A DNA stretch of 64,000 nucleotides from Candidatus Nomurabacteria bacterium GW2011_GWD2_36_14 (GCA_000991405.1 LBRL01000001.1:379200-443199); one strand, 5' to 3'. Counted from the first letter of the stretch, positions 1 through 9,955 are shown. Notes: generated from the sequence alone by a model not told the origin. Translations and numbers: made by a program.

Positions 1-89
1 CAATCGAATTGTGTTATCAGCCATAACAGGATCCTCATGCCCTGAAAATGACGTATCTGAGTAAGGCAATGAAGGGTCTATCAATTCAG

Positions 90-123
90 AACCCTGTGAT
101 TCGAAAGAGTTTGCAGGGTTTTT
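90..123. terminator. Imperfect hairpin at the 3' end of the Cys-rich gene
   Basis: aaccctg...cagggtt inverted repeat followed by a T run, next to the stop at 122. Confidence 0.45.
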
Positions 124-1798
124 ATATTACTTCATTCTGATAACACTTCTCACAATACACAATTTCAGGTCTATATGGAGCATATGAAGTTTCGAATTCA
201 TTTGTACACCCTTCTTTCATACACGACCGGTACCAGAGCTTATTGGGACCCCGAGATTTCATCCTTCTGTAATGTCTACAATCTGGGCAAAGTCTTGGAA
301 GAGGTACATTTAACTTTTTATAAAACAAAAATTCATTCGGTATTACCCTGTAATTCTTATTACAGGACTCACATATAAATACTTCTTTTGCAACATCAAA
401 ATCTATCTCCGAGAAACTTTCTGGCATTTGGTCTACTTTCTTGGTTTCTTTATTATAAGTCCCCCTTTCTGTATCTTCCCACCTAGAACCTTGTTTTATT
501 GCTTCATCTTTAGATAATGGAAATTGTTCATTTGCTGGGGTCTCGTTGTATCCAAAGCAAGATAAATGCTTGCCGAAGAATTGTCCATATTCTCCCTTAT
601 CTTTTAATTCACTTTTTATTTTACTTACAATTTCTTCATATTCTTCTTTCTCATATTGTTTATTTAAAATACAATAATTCTTTTTTCTCATTCCTACACA
701 CCCAAAACAATTGTTTGAATTAAAACAATACATTGAATACTCTACAAAAGAACAAGTCCAGCAAAGTGCATCACAAACCAGATTTGAATTATCAATACCT
801 GCGTTTATAGAGTTATATATACGTGAGACATTCCTACCTGCAGTATCGCAATCCATCGTGTCTTTGGCATTTCTCCATATATGTACTCCATACTTATTAT
901 CTTCTGCATCATAACAATGGAAACACGACTGACAATTCTTGGTATTCTTCATGTATGAACCAGTTGAATTAACCACTTGCATCACTTCCGCAAATTTACG
1001 AGGTTGCTTCTTTAGAAAATCTTCATACTTTTCTTTAAACATTTTAACCCCAGAATAAGTATCAAGCATTAAATCTTTCTTTATTTGTTCGTACTCTTCT
1101 TTGCTATATGACTCATTGAAAATATAATTACTTTTATTTCGTAAATTGATACAACCAATACAATCTGTGCAACCCTTACAATCAGTCAAAAAGTAACTCG
1201 TTGTACAATCATGACACCCTTTACTATATAAAAGTTTATAAGAATTGTAACAATCATCAGACTCATAAGTAAGCTCGCATTTTGAAGCAAAAGAAGTATC
1301 CACTACATCTCTGCACTCCTGAATCCAATATGAATGTATTGAATCTTCGTTGTTTGATGATTCTATAATGAAATAGCAATTCTTATTGTCGGCTGAAATA
1401 TTCGTATATTCACTGCCTGGACTACGCATATAAATAAGAGAAACCTTCGGAACAGATCTCCAAAGTTTTTCATATTGTTCAAAAAATGGAATATCTTTAT
1501 CATATTCAATTCCAAAATCTTCCCCTCCCCAATTGTCACTAAACCAACAATCGTAACACCAGACTTTAAAAGATTTATTGGGCGAATACATAGATACGAC
1601 ATCTTTTCCACATTTATCACAAGCTCTTTTATAGAAAGCTCTTTCATTACGAAAACTTAAACGTAATTGTGCTCTACAATCTGGACATGTATCAGGAGCA
1701 CATACTCTCATCTTCTCATAGAAAGAGAAATCATCCGGCTCAATAGTGAAGTCTTTCTTACAATTCTGACAATTCCTTTTTTCTTCTTTGTGTTCCAT
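122..1798 (-). CDS. CPR-type Cys-rich protein (CxxC zinc ribbons plus Cys-rich repeat core), function unknown
   Basis: 558 aa ORF; N-terminal CQNC/CPDC/CDKC, repeated C-x2-C-x-G-C units, C-terminal CPDCR and YCEKCY. Confidence 0.85.
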   Translation of the reverse strand: MEHKEEKRNCQNCKKDFTIEPDDFSFYEKMRVCAPDTCPDCRAQLRLSFRNERAFYKRACDKCGKDVVSMYSPNKSFKVWCYDCWFSDNWGGEDFGIEYDKDIPFFEQYEKLWRSVPKVSLIYMRSPGSEYTNISADNKNCYFIIESSNNEDSIHSYWIQECRDVVDTSFASKCELTYESDDCYNSYKLLYSKGCHDCTTSYFLTDCKGCTDCIGCINLRNKSNYIFNESYSKEEYEQIKKDLMLDTYSGVKMFKEKYEDFLKKQPRKFAEVMQVVNSTGSYMKNTKNCQSCFHCYDAEDNKYGVHIWRNAKDTMDCDTAGRNVSRIYNSINAGIDNSNLVCDALCWTCSFVEYSMYCFNSNNCFGCVGMRKKNYCILNKQYEKEEYEEIVSKIKSELKDKGEYGQFFGKHLSCFGYNETPANEQFPLSKDEAIKQGSRWEDTERGTYNKETKKVDQMPESFSEIDFDVAKEVFICESCNKNYRVIPNEFLFYKKLNVPLPRLCPDCRHYRRMKSRGPNKLWYRSCMKEGCTNEFETSYAPYRPEIVYCEKCYQNEVI

Positions 1799-1805
1799 TT
1801 TTTTA

Positions 1806-1835
1806 CTAGTTACTAGAACCTAATCACTAATTCTA
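1806..1835. repeat. Heptamer CTARNNN tandem array
   Basis: ctagtta ctagaac ctaatca ctaatt cta. Confidence 0.65.
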
Positions 1836-3572
1836 TAATATCTCTCTCTTGTAACAATCATCACAGTATAAATTCCACCCATCCTTTGAATCATACGTCG
1901 TTATAATACTCTTTTCACACATATTACAAATACTACTATTCATTCTATAATCCCCCAAGTATTTATATCGATCTTTAATTCTTTTTATTTGATGAATATC
2001 AGGAAGAGGAATACTATGAATTCTATAAAATTCTAACTCCGATTCTGTAATGCGGAATGGTTTTCCTGTTTCTTTACACACAAGTGCTTTGGTAAGGATA
2101 TCATCTTCTACGTCATCAATATTGTCAGGAATATCTTCTGTTTTTACTAAATCCATACCCACTGCATTTGATTCAGTCTCTATTTGCCAAAGTCCGCCAA
2201 TTTTCTCTACTTCTTCTTTGCTCAACGGAAATACAAAATCAGAAGTTGATCCATTGTATGCATAAGTACTAAAAGGTAACGAGAAAAAATCTCCGTATTC
2301 TCCCTTTCGTAATAATGATGATTTAATTTTATCTAATTCTTTATAATATTCTTCCTTTTCATATTGACGATTAAAAATACAGTAATTCTTATTGTCTAAA
2401 CCAACACAAGCAAAACAATTATTTATATTCCTACAATTAATCAAAAGCTCTGATTCAGTAATAAACTTCGAAGCAAAGGAGAACTTCACGTTTGATGACT
2501 TGGACCCGACCGCAATGGTACTATAAAGTCTTTCAGATCCACCAGAAACTGCAGCGTCCATGGAATCATGATTTGCAATGACATTATCACAGTGTAAAAC
2601 GTGTGTTGATTTTACAGTGTCAAAAACATCATGACAATCTTTTGAATCTGAAATATTTGTTCCAGACACATTATTTACTCGCTCATGTCTCTCTGCTCTA
2701 ACTGGTTGTAATTTCACAAATTTCCAAAATTCTTCACTAATCTCTTTTATGGACTTTCTACTTTTTAAGTTTATATCTGAGATCTGTTTTCGATACTCTT
2801 CTTTGGTATATTGAACATTAAATATACAATTACTTTTATTTCTAAGATTCACACAACCAAAACAGTCAGTACAATTGTTGCAATCATACAGAAAGTTAGA
2901 GTCTATGCAGTTATCTGAGAAATATAAATATTTAGAGTTATAACATTTCTCACAAGAGACTATCTCATATGAATTCTCTCCAAAATGAACGAGTAACGAA
3001 TCCATAACATTACGAGAATCGTTCACAGTATTGCAATACCAAAGATTCTCTGAATTCCACCCTCCACTTACATAATACCCATTCTTTAAATTTCTACCAT
3101 TTATAGAATACTCACTGTTTATACTAGATGGATCTCGAATAATAGCAGGTTGAGGAACTCTCAATCTCAAATCCCAAAATTGATCTAAAAAAGTTTTTGA
3201 TTCATCATAAAAAGTTCCATAAGTATTTGAGTCAAAATTTTTAATATAACTATCTAAATCATAAACTATTAGTGGAGAAACTGGTGGTACAAAAGAAATT
3301 ATTTTACCCTCTTTTCCGGGAGCATTATTGTCTCTTTTGTATAAATTTATTGAGTTCACGAAAGCATAACGATTCATCCTCCTACATGTCGGACAATAGT
3401 TCGGTGTAGGTACCCGAAGCATTTTCAGGAATTCAATATCTTCCTTAGTTATATCAAATTCCCCTTCACAGTACTTGTGCTCTCCTTGCCACTTACATAC
3501 ACGCTTATGAGGCACCAAACTTTCAAATATCTTATCCAGAAGTGCATCAAATTGTGGGGTTTTTGTTTCCAT
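1833..3572 (-). CDS. CPR-type Cys-rich protein, paralog of 122..1798
   Basis: 579 aa; same architecture (CPTCR, NCTDCFGCVNLRNK, GEYGDFF, C-terminal YCDDCY). Confidence 0.85.
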   Translation of the reverse strand: METKTPQFDALLDKIFESLVPHKRVCKWQGEHKYCEGEFDITKEDIEFLKMLRVPTPNYCPTCRRMNRYAFVNSINLYKRDNNAPGKEGKIISFVPPVSPLIVYDLDSYIKNFDSNTYGTFYDESKTFLDQFWDLRLRVPQPAIIRDPSSINSEYSINGRNLKNGYYVSGGWNSENLWYCNTVNDSRNVMDSLLVHFGENSYEIVSCEKCYNSKYLYFSDNCIDSNFLYDCNNCTDCFGCVNLRNKSNCIFNVQYTKEEYRKQISDINLKSRKSIKEISEEFWKFVKLQPVRAERHERVNNVSGTNISDSKDCHDVFDTVKSTHVLHCDNVIANHDSMDAAVSGGSERLYSTIAVGSKSSNVKFSFASKFITESELLINCRNINNCFACVGLDNKNYCIFNRQYEKEEYYKELDKIKSSLLRKGEYGDFFSLPFSTYAYNGSTSDFVFPLSKEEVEKIGGLWQIETESNAVGMDLVKTEDIPDNIDDVEDDILTKALVCKETGKPFRITESELEFYRIHSIPLPDIHQIKRIKDRYKYLGDYRMNSSICNMCEKSIITTYDSKDGWNLYCDDCYKREIL

Positions 3573-3581
3573 TGTTTTAAT

Positions 3582-3620
3582 CTAGCCACTAGAACCTAGT
3601 TACTAGAAACTAATCTTCTA
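3582..3620. repeat. Heptamer CTARNNN tandem array
   Basis: ctagcca ctagaac ctagtta ctagaaa ctaatct. Confidence 0.65.
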
Positions 3621-5333
3621 CATCCTATCTGGTACTTCTATACCCAGAAGCCATAGGCCATTCTTCATAGTTTGTACAAATGCTTTTATAAGATTTAAGT
3701 GATAAGCCATATATTTGTTTTCATCTACAAGTATTTGAGTATTCCCATAGAAAGTATTGAAACTACTTGCAAGCTCTATCAGATAAGTCGCTATGTGATG
3801 AGGCTGTAATGTCTCGTATGAATACTTCACAATCTCATGGAATTGATACAACATTTTTTCTAAATCTGTAATCTCTGTTGGTATTTCATCCTTACCTTCA
3901 GTATTTAAATCTTTTGCTTTATTTAAGATAGAATTCGCACGCACAGAAGTATATTGCAAATATGGCCCTGAATCTCCTTCAAAAGAAATAGATTTCTCTG
4001 AATCATATATAATGTCACTACCTAAAGATGATCTAAGTATTGAATATTTCAGAGCTGAAACACCTACAATTTCAGAAATTCGGGTTTTTTCTTCTTCGGA
4101 AATTTTACTGTCCTTCATTTTCTCTTTAACAATATCCATTGAATCTCTCAATAGAGATTCGCCCGTAATTACATTTCCTTTCCTCGAAGACATTTTACCA
4201 TCAGCAAAACGCATCATGCCGTGTGTCACATGCTTCATTTTTGATTCTAAATCAGGATGAATAAGAGATATCGCCTTCTGAACCACTTTCATATACTCTC
4301 CCTGCTCTATGGCTGTTGTTGTAATTGATATATCTGGATTCTCTTTCTCAAACTTTGTAAGTGCGAGACCTATCTCTTTTGTTTCATAAGTAGGTAAACC
4401 TTGTGAATTTATAAATACACGAGTATGAAGTTTCTTGTCATAATTTTCCCCATGGAATACTATAGCACCATCTGATTCACTAAAAACTTTTGGAGCATTT
4501 GCTCGGACAATCTCCTCTCCAATAGGAGCCATCTCACTTTCAAAAAAGTAATACTCAAATTTTGTTCCTAAAATTTTATATATCTCCTCAAATGCATCAA
4601 GGGTTTCTTTTCTCCCCCAATCATAAATTTCATTTATCTTTGGATCACTTTTATCGTAAATCTTTTTATTTATCTCATCAATTTCTTTCTTAGCTTCTAT
4701 CCCCTTTGGGTGTAAAGATTCATATAATGTAGCTCCTAGAGAGTAGCATTCGCCTATCCAAAGAGCATTTTTACCTTCCATTTTTTCTCCAGAGTGTATT
4801 ATCCCCCAAATAGCCTTCGCTACATGTGGACCAACATCACCCTGATAATTTGCTCTTATAGTTTTTGCACCAGAAAATTCTACAACTCTAGAAATTGATT
4901 CACCAATTGCATTTGCCATTAAGTGACCTATGTGAAAAGGTTTAAAAGGATTTGGATCAGTGTATTCAACCATCACCTTCTTCCCTGATAGTAAGCTATT
5001 CTTCCCCCATTCCTCTCCTTTATTTAAAATTTCTTTTACACTCTCAGTGAAAAATTCTCGTGATAAATAGAAATTTATAAATCCTGGGCCAGCTACTTCT
5101 ATCTTTTCTATTCCACCGAAGCCTTGCTTCGGTAAACCCTTTAATTCTAAGACTATTTTTTCAGCTAATTCTTTTGGATTAATTTTCTGTTGTTTAGCAC
5201 ATACCATAGCTACGTTCGCAGAATAATCCCCATTCTTAAAATCAGTTGGATGTTCAACAGAAAAAGAAACATCTTCATGAATTCCAAGATTTTTCAAAGC
5301 TTCTTTTATTTGTTTTTGTATTTTATCTTTCAT
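3618..5333 (-). CDS. argS: Arginine--tRNA ligase
   Basis: GDYSANVA, AGPGFINF, HIGH motif (PFHIGH), KMSSRKG, GDSGPYLQY. Confidence 0.97.
   Translation of the reverse strand: MKDKIQKQIKEALKNLGIHEDVSFSVEHPTDFKNGDYSANVAMVCAKQQKINPKELAEKIVLELKGLPKQGFGGIEKIEVAGPGFINFYLSREFFTESVKEILNKGEEWGKNSLLSGKKVMVEYTDPNPFKPFHIGHLMANAIGESISRVVEFSGAKTIRANYQGDVGPHVAKAIWGIIHSGEKMEGKNALWIGECYSLGATLYESLHPKGIEAKKEIDEINKKIYDKSDPKINEIYDWGRKETLDAFEEIYKILGTKFEYYFFESEMAPIGEEIVRANAPKVFSESDGAIVFHGENYDKKLHTRVFINSQGLPTYETKEIGLALTKFEKENPDISITTTAIEQGEYMKVVQKAISLIHPDLESKMKHVTHGMMRFADGKMSSRKGNVITGESLLRDSMDIVKEKMKDSKISEEEKTRISEIVGVSALKYSILRSSLGSDIIYDSEKSISFEGDSGPYLQYTSVRANSILNKAKDLNTEGKDEIPTEITDLEKMLYQFHEIVKYSYETLQPHHIATYLIELASSFNTFYGNTQILVDENKYMAYHLNLIKAFVQTMKNGLWLLGIEVPDRM
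5115..5133. repeat. CTT-loop palindrome inside argS
   Basis: accgaagc-ctt-gcttcggt; same GC-CTT-GC centre as the intergenic hairpins. Confidence 0.55.
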
Positions 5334-5352
5334 TTACTTTATAACTTTCTAC

Positions 5353-5775
5353 TTACTTCCTTCCAGTTGATCCAAAAGCCCCTTCCCCTCTATCTGACTC
5401 ACTCAATGTATCAGTTTCCTCCAACTCTGCAATAACCACTGGCACAATAACTAGTTGCGACACTTTGTCCCCCTCTTCTACAGTATATGGCTCACTTCCA
5501 AGATTTACAAGGTGAGTATTGTATTCACCTCTATATCCAGCATCAAACACTCCTCCCATATGTATCAACCCAGCCTTAGAAATACTAGACTTATCCATCA
5601 CAATTGCCGCATTCCCAACTGGGAACTCCATAGCAAAACCATGGAAGAATCTATAATGCTCCATGGGCTTGATGGTCACAGTCTCCATAGCATACAAGTC
5701 CATCCCCACATCCCCTGGGTGAGCATACTTGGGCAACTTGGCATTCTCTTTTAATTTTTTAATTTTAATATGCAT
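5353..5775 (-). CDS. dut: dUTP diphosphatase (trimeric)
   Basis: GMDL, KSS, GVFDAGYRGE, SQLV, RGEGAFGSTG motifs. Confidence 0.95.
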   Translation of the reverse strand: MHIKIKKLKENAKLPKYAHPGDVGMDLYAMETVTIKPMEHYRFFHGFAMEFPVGNAAIVMDKSSISKAGLIHMGGVFDAGYRGEYNTHLVNLGSEPYTVEEGDKVSQLVIVPVVIAELEETDTLSESDRGEGAFGSTGRK

Positions 5776-5781
5776 ACTTTG

Positions 5782-6033
5782 TTAACACTTATAACCATTA
5801 CTAATCATATCATCAATTCCTCCACCATTTTTTACATTTTTAAATCCATTTTGCTCCATCATAGACTTGGCTATCGTTGCTCTGCTTCCTGATTCACAAT
5901 ATAAAATTATTTCTTCATCTTTTGGAATTTCAGGAAACTTGCCATACATCATATCCATAATATCGAAAAGTTCTGCATCCTTTATATGCCCATCGTCATA
6001 CTCTTCTTTTGTCCTTACATCTATAATTCTCAT
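5782..6033 (-). CDS. Rhodanese-like domain protein
   Basis: IIDVRT-EY-GHI and active-site loop YCESGSRA. Confidence 0.9.
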   Translation of the reverse strand: MRIIDVRTKEEYDDGHIKDAELFDIMDMMYGKFPEIPKDEEIILYCESGSRATIAKSMMEQNGFKNVKNGGGIDDMISNGYKC

Positions 6034-6034
6034 A

Positions 6035-6739
6035 TTATTTTAATACCCTCCTTACCTCTTTATAAACCATATCATGTATTTGCTCACGAGAAAGTATTTC
6101 ACCTTTCTCTGAGCAACTTATTTTACTCCAGTTCGGTTGAGTCTTCGCAAGCCAGAGTGCGCTCTTGATAGAATTCTCCATAAACTTCTCGTCAGCTTCA
6201 TGTACATCTTTGTTCTTCTTTAGATACTTTCTCTTCATCTGACTACTTTCTCTATCATTGAGAAGCTTCATTACAATCTGTATTGGTAAACTTAAATACA
6301 AAGTTAGATCAGGCTTAGGAATACCAAATTCTTCATACTCCATCTGATTGAGCCACTTTATGAAATTATTTCGCTTTCTCGTATCACTTATTTTGCCACC
6401 TTGATGAATCTGATTAGCAGAAACGTAACGATTGGCTACTACTATGTATCCTTCTTTGAGCCACTTTTCCATTTCAGTTTTTGACTGCCATCTGTCTGCG
6501 GCAAAAAGTACGGAAGCAATCTTCGGATGAACATTTATGAAGTTATAGTATTGCTCAGAAAGACAATGCCCAACAAAAGCTCCAAAGAAATTCTTGTAAT
6601 ACTCAGGAAAGTCCACAACCTTTACTTTATATCCGTCTTTTTTAAGTCTGTCAGTGAGATAATTTACTTGTGTAGCCTTTCCACTTCCATCTGTCCCGTC
6701 TATTACGATAAGCTTGCCTTTAGTTTTTTGTTTTTTCAT
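6035..6739 (-). CDS. tmk: Thymidylate kinase
   Basis: IDGTDGSGKATQ P-loop, LFAADR, NRY, PDLTLYL. Confidence 0.92.
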   Translation of the reverse strand: MKKQKTKGKLIVIDGTDGSGKATQVNYLTDRLKKDGYKVKVVDFPEYYKNFFGAFVGHCLSEQYYNFINVHPKIASVLFAADRWQSKTEMEKWLKEGYIVVANRYVSANQIHQGGKISDTRKRNNFIKWLNQMEYEEFGIPKPDLTLYLSLPIQIVMKLLNDRESSQMKRKYLKKNKDVHEADEKFMENSIKSALWLAKTQPNWSKISCSEKGEILSREQIHDMVYKEVRRVLK

Positions 6740-6801
6740 AAGATAACCTCAATTATACCTAAAAATTACCCTATATCAAAATCCATTAAATATATACTAA
6801 T

Positions 6802-6847
6802 TTAAAATGACACAATCTCTGCTATAGCAGAGATTGTGTCATTTTAA
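6802..6847. repeat. 46-bp perfect loop-less palindrome, candidate operator
   Basis: ttaaaatgacacaatctctgcta|tagcagagattgtgtcattttaa. Confidence 0.9.
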
Positions 6848-6863
6848 TATTTAAGTTATAATT

Positions 6864-7346
6864 ATGTATATGTCTATCGTAAGTGAAATTTTAGAAGAAC
6901 TTTGGAATACAGAACTCAACTATAAGGGAGTTAGGGTTAATCTTTTTGGTATTCCCAGATTTAGTAAATATCCACAAAGAAGTATCCGAACAACAATGGA
7001 CCGATTAAAAAAGAAAGGGATTATAGAAAAAGAGTTGGCTGGAATAGTGCTTTCTAAATACGGGAAAGAATATGTGAAAAGAAAATATGATTCACTTAAG
7101 CAATTTGAAAATCCGGGAAATCTGTCTAAGGATAGAACTTTACTTGTGATGTTTGATATACCGACAGAGAAGAAATCTCATAGAGAATGGCTACGCTGGC
7201 ATTTGAAAAGGTTTAATTATGTTATGGTTCAGAAAAGCGCATGGGTAGGACCCTACCCTCTCCCAAAGGGATTCAATGAATACTTAAAAAGAATAAAACT
7301 AGATAAATGCATAAAAACTTTTAAATTAGATAAACCTTATAAGTAA
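6864..7346 (+). CDS. PaaX-like protein: wHTH plus C-terminal Cas2-like domain (CPR type)
   Basis: RLKKKGIIEK...LSKYG wing; LVMFDIP...R.WLR..L...VQKSAWV Cas2/PaaX motif; no CRISPR array nearby. Confidence 0.8.
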   Translation: MYMSIVSEILEELWNTELNYKGVRVNLFGIPRFSKYPQRSIRTTMDRLKKKGIIEKELAGIVLSKYGKEYVKRKYDSLKQFENPGNLSKDRTLLVMFDIPTEKKSHREWLRWHLKRFNYVMVQKSAWVGPYPLPKGFNEYLKRIKLDKCIKTFKLDKPYK

Positions 7347-7363
7347 ACTACATGATCTTAACT

Positions 7364-7417
7364 AAAACAAAATCTATACAAATTCTGCCATGGCAGAATT
7401 TGTATAGATTTTGTTTT
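7364..7417. repeat. 54-bp perfect loop-less palindrome
   Basis: aaaacaaaatctatacaaattctgcca|tggcagaatttgtatagattttgtttt. Confidence 0.9.
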
Positions 7418-7444
7418 GAATTTTTGAATTTAAATTAGTTACTT

Positions 7445-7876
7445 TTATTCTTTGTCGTAAAAGTTTTTGCCAGTTTTGTATGAATCAATAATTAATTCAC
7501 TTGGATAAAAAAGAGGTGAAGGTAGATTGTCTAATGAGTACCAATTCCACTCTCCTATTTTCTCATGATCATATGTTTTTGGTTCATTCTCTTTCCAATC
7601 AGCAAAAAGTCCGATCAAAATATCTTGACGATTTTCATGTCTACAATATGTAGAAGTAGAAAGATATTTAATATTTTCAATTTTAATTCCTGATTCTTCT
7701 AATGTTTCCCTTGTAGCACAATCTACAAAAGATTCTTGAAACTCTAAGTGCCCTCCTGGCATCGAGTACTCTCCCTGACCATGACTTCCCTTTCTTTTAC
7801 CAAGAAGAATCTTGCCTTCTTTCCAGATCATTACACCTACACATGGTTTTAATTTATGTCTTTCTCCTTCTACCAT
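7445..7876 (-). CDS. NUDIX hydrolase (MutT/NUDT15-like)
   Basis: PGGHLEFQESFVDCATRETLEESG Nudix box. Confidence 0.9.
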   Translation of the reverse strand: MVEGERHKLKPCVGVMIWKEGKILLGKRKGSHGQGEYSMPGGHLEFQESFVDCATRETLEESGIKIENIKYLSTSTYCRHENRQDILIGLFADWKENEPKTYDHEKIGEWNWYSLDNLPSPLFYPSELIIDSYKTGKNFYDKE

Positions 7877-7878
7877 AA

Positions 7879-8205
7879 TTAATTATGTGTCTCGTTCATT
7901 TTGTTAAAATCCCAATTTCTTTCTTTGTTTGATTCAATTTTTTTAAGAACTTCCTTTTCAATATCAATACCAAAAATTCCAGCTAAATGTAAAATTCTTT
8001 GTATTGCATCACCAAGCTCTTCTTTGAAACCATCCTTGCCATCAATATTTTTATGCCTATATGCCTCATAAGCCTCAGAGACTTCTGAGTGTATTAAGGC
8101 AATTTTTTCTCCAACATTTATTTCTTCTGGTTTTGTCCCAAAACCTTTTTCTTTAGCTTGTTCTAGTATTAATGAAGTTAGCTCTCTTAAATTTAAATTT
8201 TCCAT
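7879..8205 (-). CDS. MazG-like nucleotide pyrophosphohydrolase
   Basis: LIHSEVSEAYEA and EELGD all-alpha NTP-PPase motif. Confidence 0.85.
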   Translation of the reverse strand: MENLNLRELTSLILEQAKEKGFGTKPEEINVGEKIALIHSEVSEAYEAYRHKNIDGKDGFKEELGDAIQRILHLAGIFGIDIEKEVLKKIESNKERNWDFNKMNETHN

Positions 8206-8207
8206 AA

Positions 8208-8687
8208 TTATTTTTCTCCTAATTCTTTTAATGCTTCTAGCGCATAAAATTTTACATTTGGAATAATTTCAATTTTATTTAAATCATCTGATGTCATCCA
8301 TTTCATCTCAACCCCTTTCTCATGTTCTAAGATTGATTCAGAAATTAAATCTGTCTTTGATTTTGCAAAATAAACAAAAACAACGTGTTCATGTTTATCG
8401 TTAACTGGATGTCTACCTAAGTATCTAGGTGGAATCAAATATTTATAATTCCTATTTTTATCATCCCCATTTAATGGACCATTTGATTCACCAATTATCT
8501 CTATATCAAGACCAACTTCTTCTTTTACTTCACGGATTGCTGCTTCAATTGGGTCCTCATCTAATTCAATATGACCACCAACAGAAAGCCAAAAACCAAG
8601 CTTATCATGAATACGTAAAAGAACCTTGTTTTTATACACAATAAAAACTTCTACGCAAAAATCAATTTTTTCATTAATATGGGGCAT
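8208..8687 (-). CDS. NUDIX hydrolase
   Basis: GGHIELDEDPIEAAIREVKEEVGL. Confidence 0.9.
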   Translation of the reverse strand: MPHINEKIDFCVEVFIVYKNKVLLRIHDKLGFWLSVGGHIELDEDPIEAAIREVKEEVGLDIEIIGESNGPLNGDDKNRNYKYLIPPRYLGRHPVNDKHEHVVFVYFAKSKTDLISESILEHEKGVEMKWMTSDDLNKIEIIPNVKFYALEALKELGEK

Positions 8688-8690
8688 ATT

Positions 8691-9866
8691 TTATTTCCCT
8701 CTCAACACCTTATCCATCCTGACTGCAAGTTTGACCATGTCGGACTCTTTCTTGCCACGGGTAGTTTCGGCACAAGTGCCTAGGCGGATACCGGAAGGAT
8801 CCATAGGAGAGCGAGGGTCGCCAGGGATTGTGTTCATATTCACTATAATTCCTGCCTTTTCTAGCTTGTCACTTGCAATCTTGCCAGGAACTCCCTTCCC
8901 TTCCATCCATGTGTCCATAAGGATAAGGTGTGAGTCTGTACCGCCAGAGATAATATGCCAACCGAGCTTTTGTAATTCTTTAGCAAGAACTTTCGCGTTC
9001 TTCACGACTTGCTTGGCATACTTCTTGAATTCGGGCTTTGAAGCTTCTAGGAATGCTACAGCCGCAGCAGCGATACTGTTCTCGTGTGGGCCACCATAGA
9101 GTCCTGGGATTATCATCTTGTCTATTTTCTTATCGAATTCTCTTTCATCTTTCTTTACAAAGATTATCGCGTGTCTTGGACCACGAAGAGACTTGTGAGT
9201 TGTCGTCATGACAGAGTCTGCATATGGAAATGGAGATGGATATGCTCCACCAGCTACAAGACCTGCGAAGTGCGACATGTCAACATGAAGAAGTGCCCCT
9301 GATGCGTCGGCTATATCTCTAAACTTTTTGAAGTCTACAATTCTAGGATATGCAGTAAATCCACAGACTATAATGTCTGGCTTCTCTGCTATTGCAATTT
9401 TCTTCAATGCTTCATAGTCTATGACTTCTGTCTTCTTATCAAGTTCGTATTGTAAAGGTTTCCAAATCTTTCCTGTCATTGATGCTGGATGTCCGTGTGT
9501 AAGGTGCCCGCCTGAGGAAAGCTTCATTCCCATTATTTTCCCTCCAACTGGAACAAGTGCTGAGTAAAGTGCAAAGTTTGCTGGAGATCCTGAAAGAGGT
9601 TGGACATTTACATGCCACTCTGTAGGCTTAAGTTTGAAAAGCTTCAAAGCACGAGCAATTGCTAAATTCTCTACTTTATCTACCACCTGATTACCACCAT
9701 AGTATCTTCTTCCTGGATAACCTTCGGCGTACTTATTTGTAAGTTTGGAACCAAGAGCCTTCAATACATCGTCGGAAACAATGTTCTCTGAAGCTATTAA
9801 ATTCACGACACTCTTCTGACGCTTTTCCTCTTCCTTAATTAGTTTCTCTATTTGTTTATCTTTCAT
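8691..9866 (-). CDS. glyA: Serine hydroxymethyltransferase
   Basis: LIASEN, NKYAEGYPGRRYYGG, GGHLTHG, TTTHKSLRGPR. Confidence 0.97.
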   Translation of the reverse strand: MKDKQIEKLIKEEEKRQKSVVNLIASENIVSDDVLKALGSKLTNKYAEGYPGRRYYGGNQVVDKVENLAIARALKLFKLKPTEWHVNVQPLSGSPANFALYSALVPVGGKIMGMKLSSGGHLTHGHPASMTGKIWKPLQYELDKKTEVIDYEALKKIAIAEKPDIIVCGFTAYPRIVDFKKFRDIADASGALLHVDMSHFAGLVAGGAYPSPFPYADSVMTTTHKSLRGPRHAIIFVKKDEREFDKKIDKMIIPGLYGGPHENSIAAAAVAFLEASKPEFKKYAKQVVKNAKVLAKELQKLGWHIISGGTDSHLILMDTWMEGKGVPGKIASDKLEKAGIIVNMNTIPGDPRSPMDPSGIRLGTCAETTRGKKESDMVKLAVRMDKVLRGK

Positions 9867-9922
9867 AATATGGTGATAAATTAGATTTGTAATAAGCTAA
9901 TTTTAGCACAATAAATAAAAAC

Positions 9923-9953
9923 TAAAAAGCGAGCCAAAATGGCTCGCTTTTTA
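9923..9953. terminator. Intrinsic terminator after the deaminase
   Basis: taaaaagcgagcca-aaa-tggctcgcttttta. Confidence 0.75.
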
Positions 9954-9955
9954 TC

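Noticed and set aside
1-64. Possible 3' end of a + strand gene ending at TAA 62-64
   Set aside because: Only 20 codons visible; cannot be supported
6864-7346. CRISPR-Cas locus suggested by the Cas2-like motif
   Set aside because: No repeat-spacer array or other cas genes in the window; the architecture is wHTH plus Cas2-like (PaaX type)
8626-9099. Long antisense ORFs (also 50021..50554, 47466..47936, 54911..55342 and others)
   Set aside because: Shadow frames opposite well-supported genes
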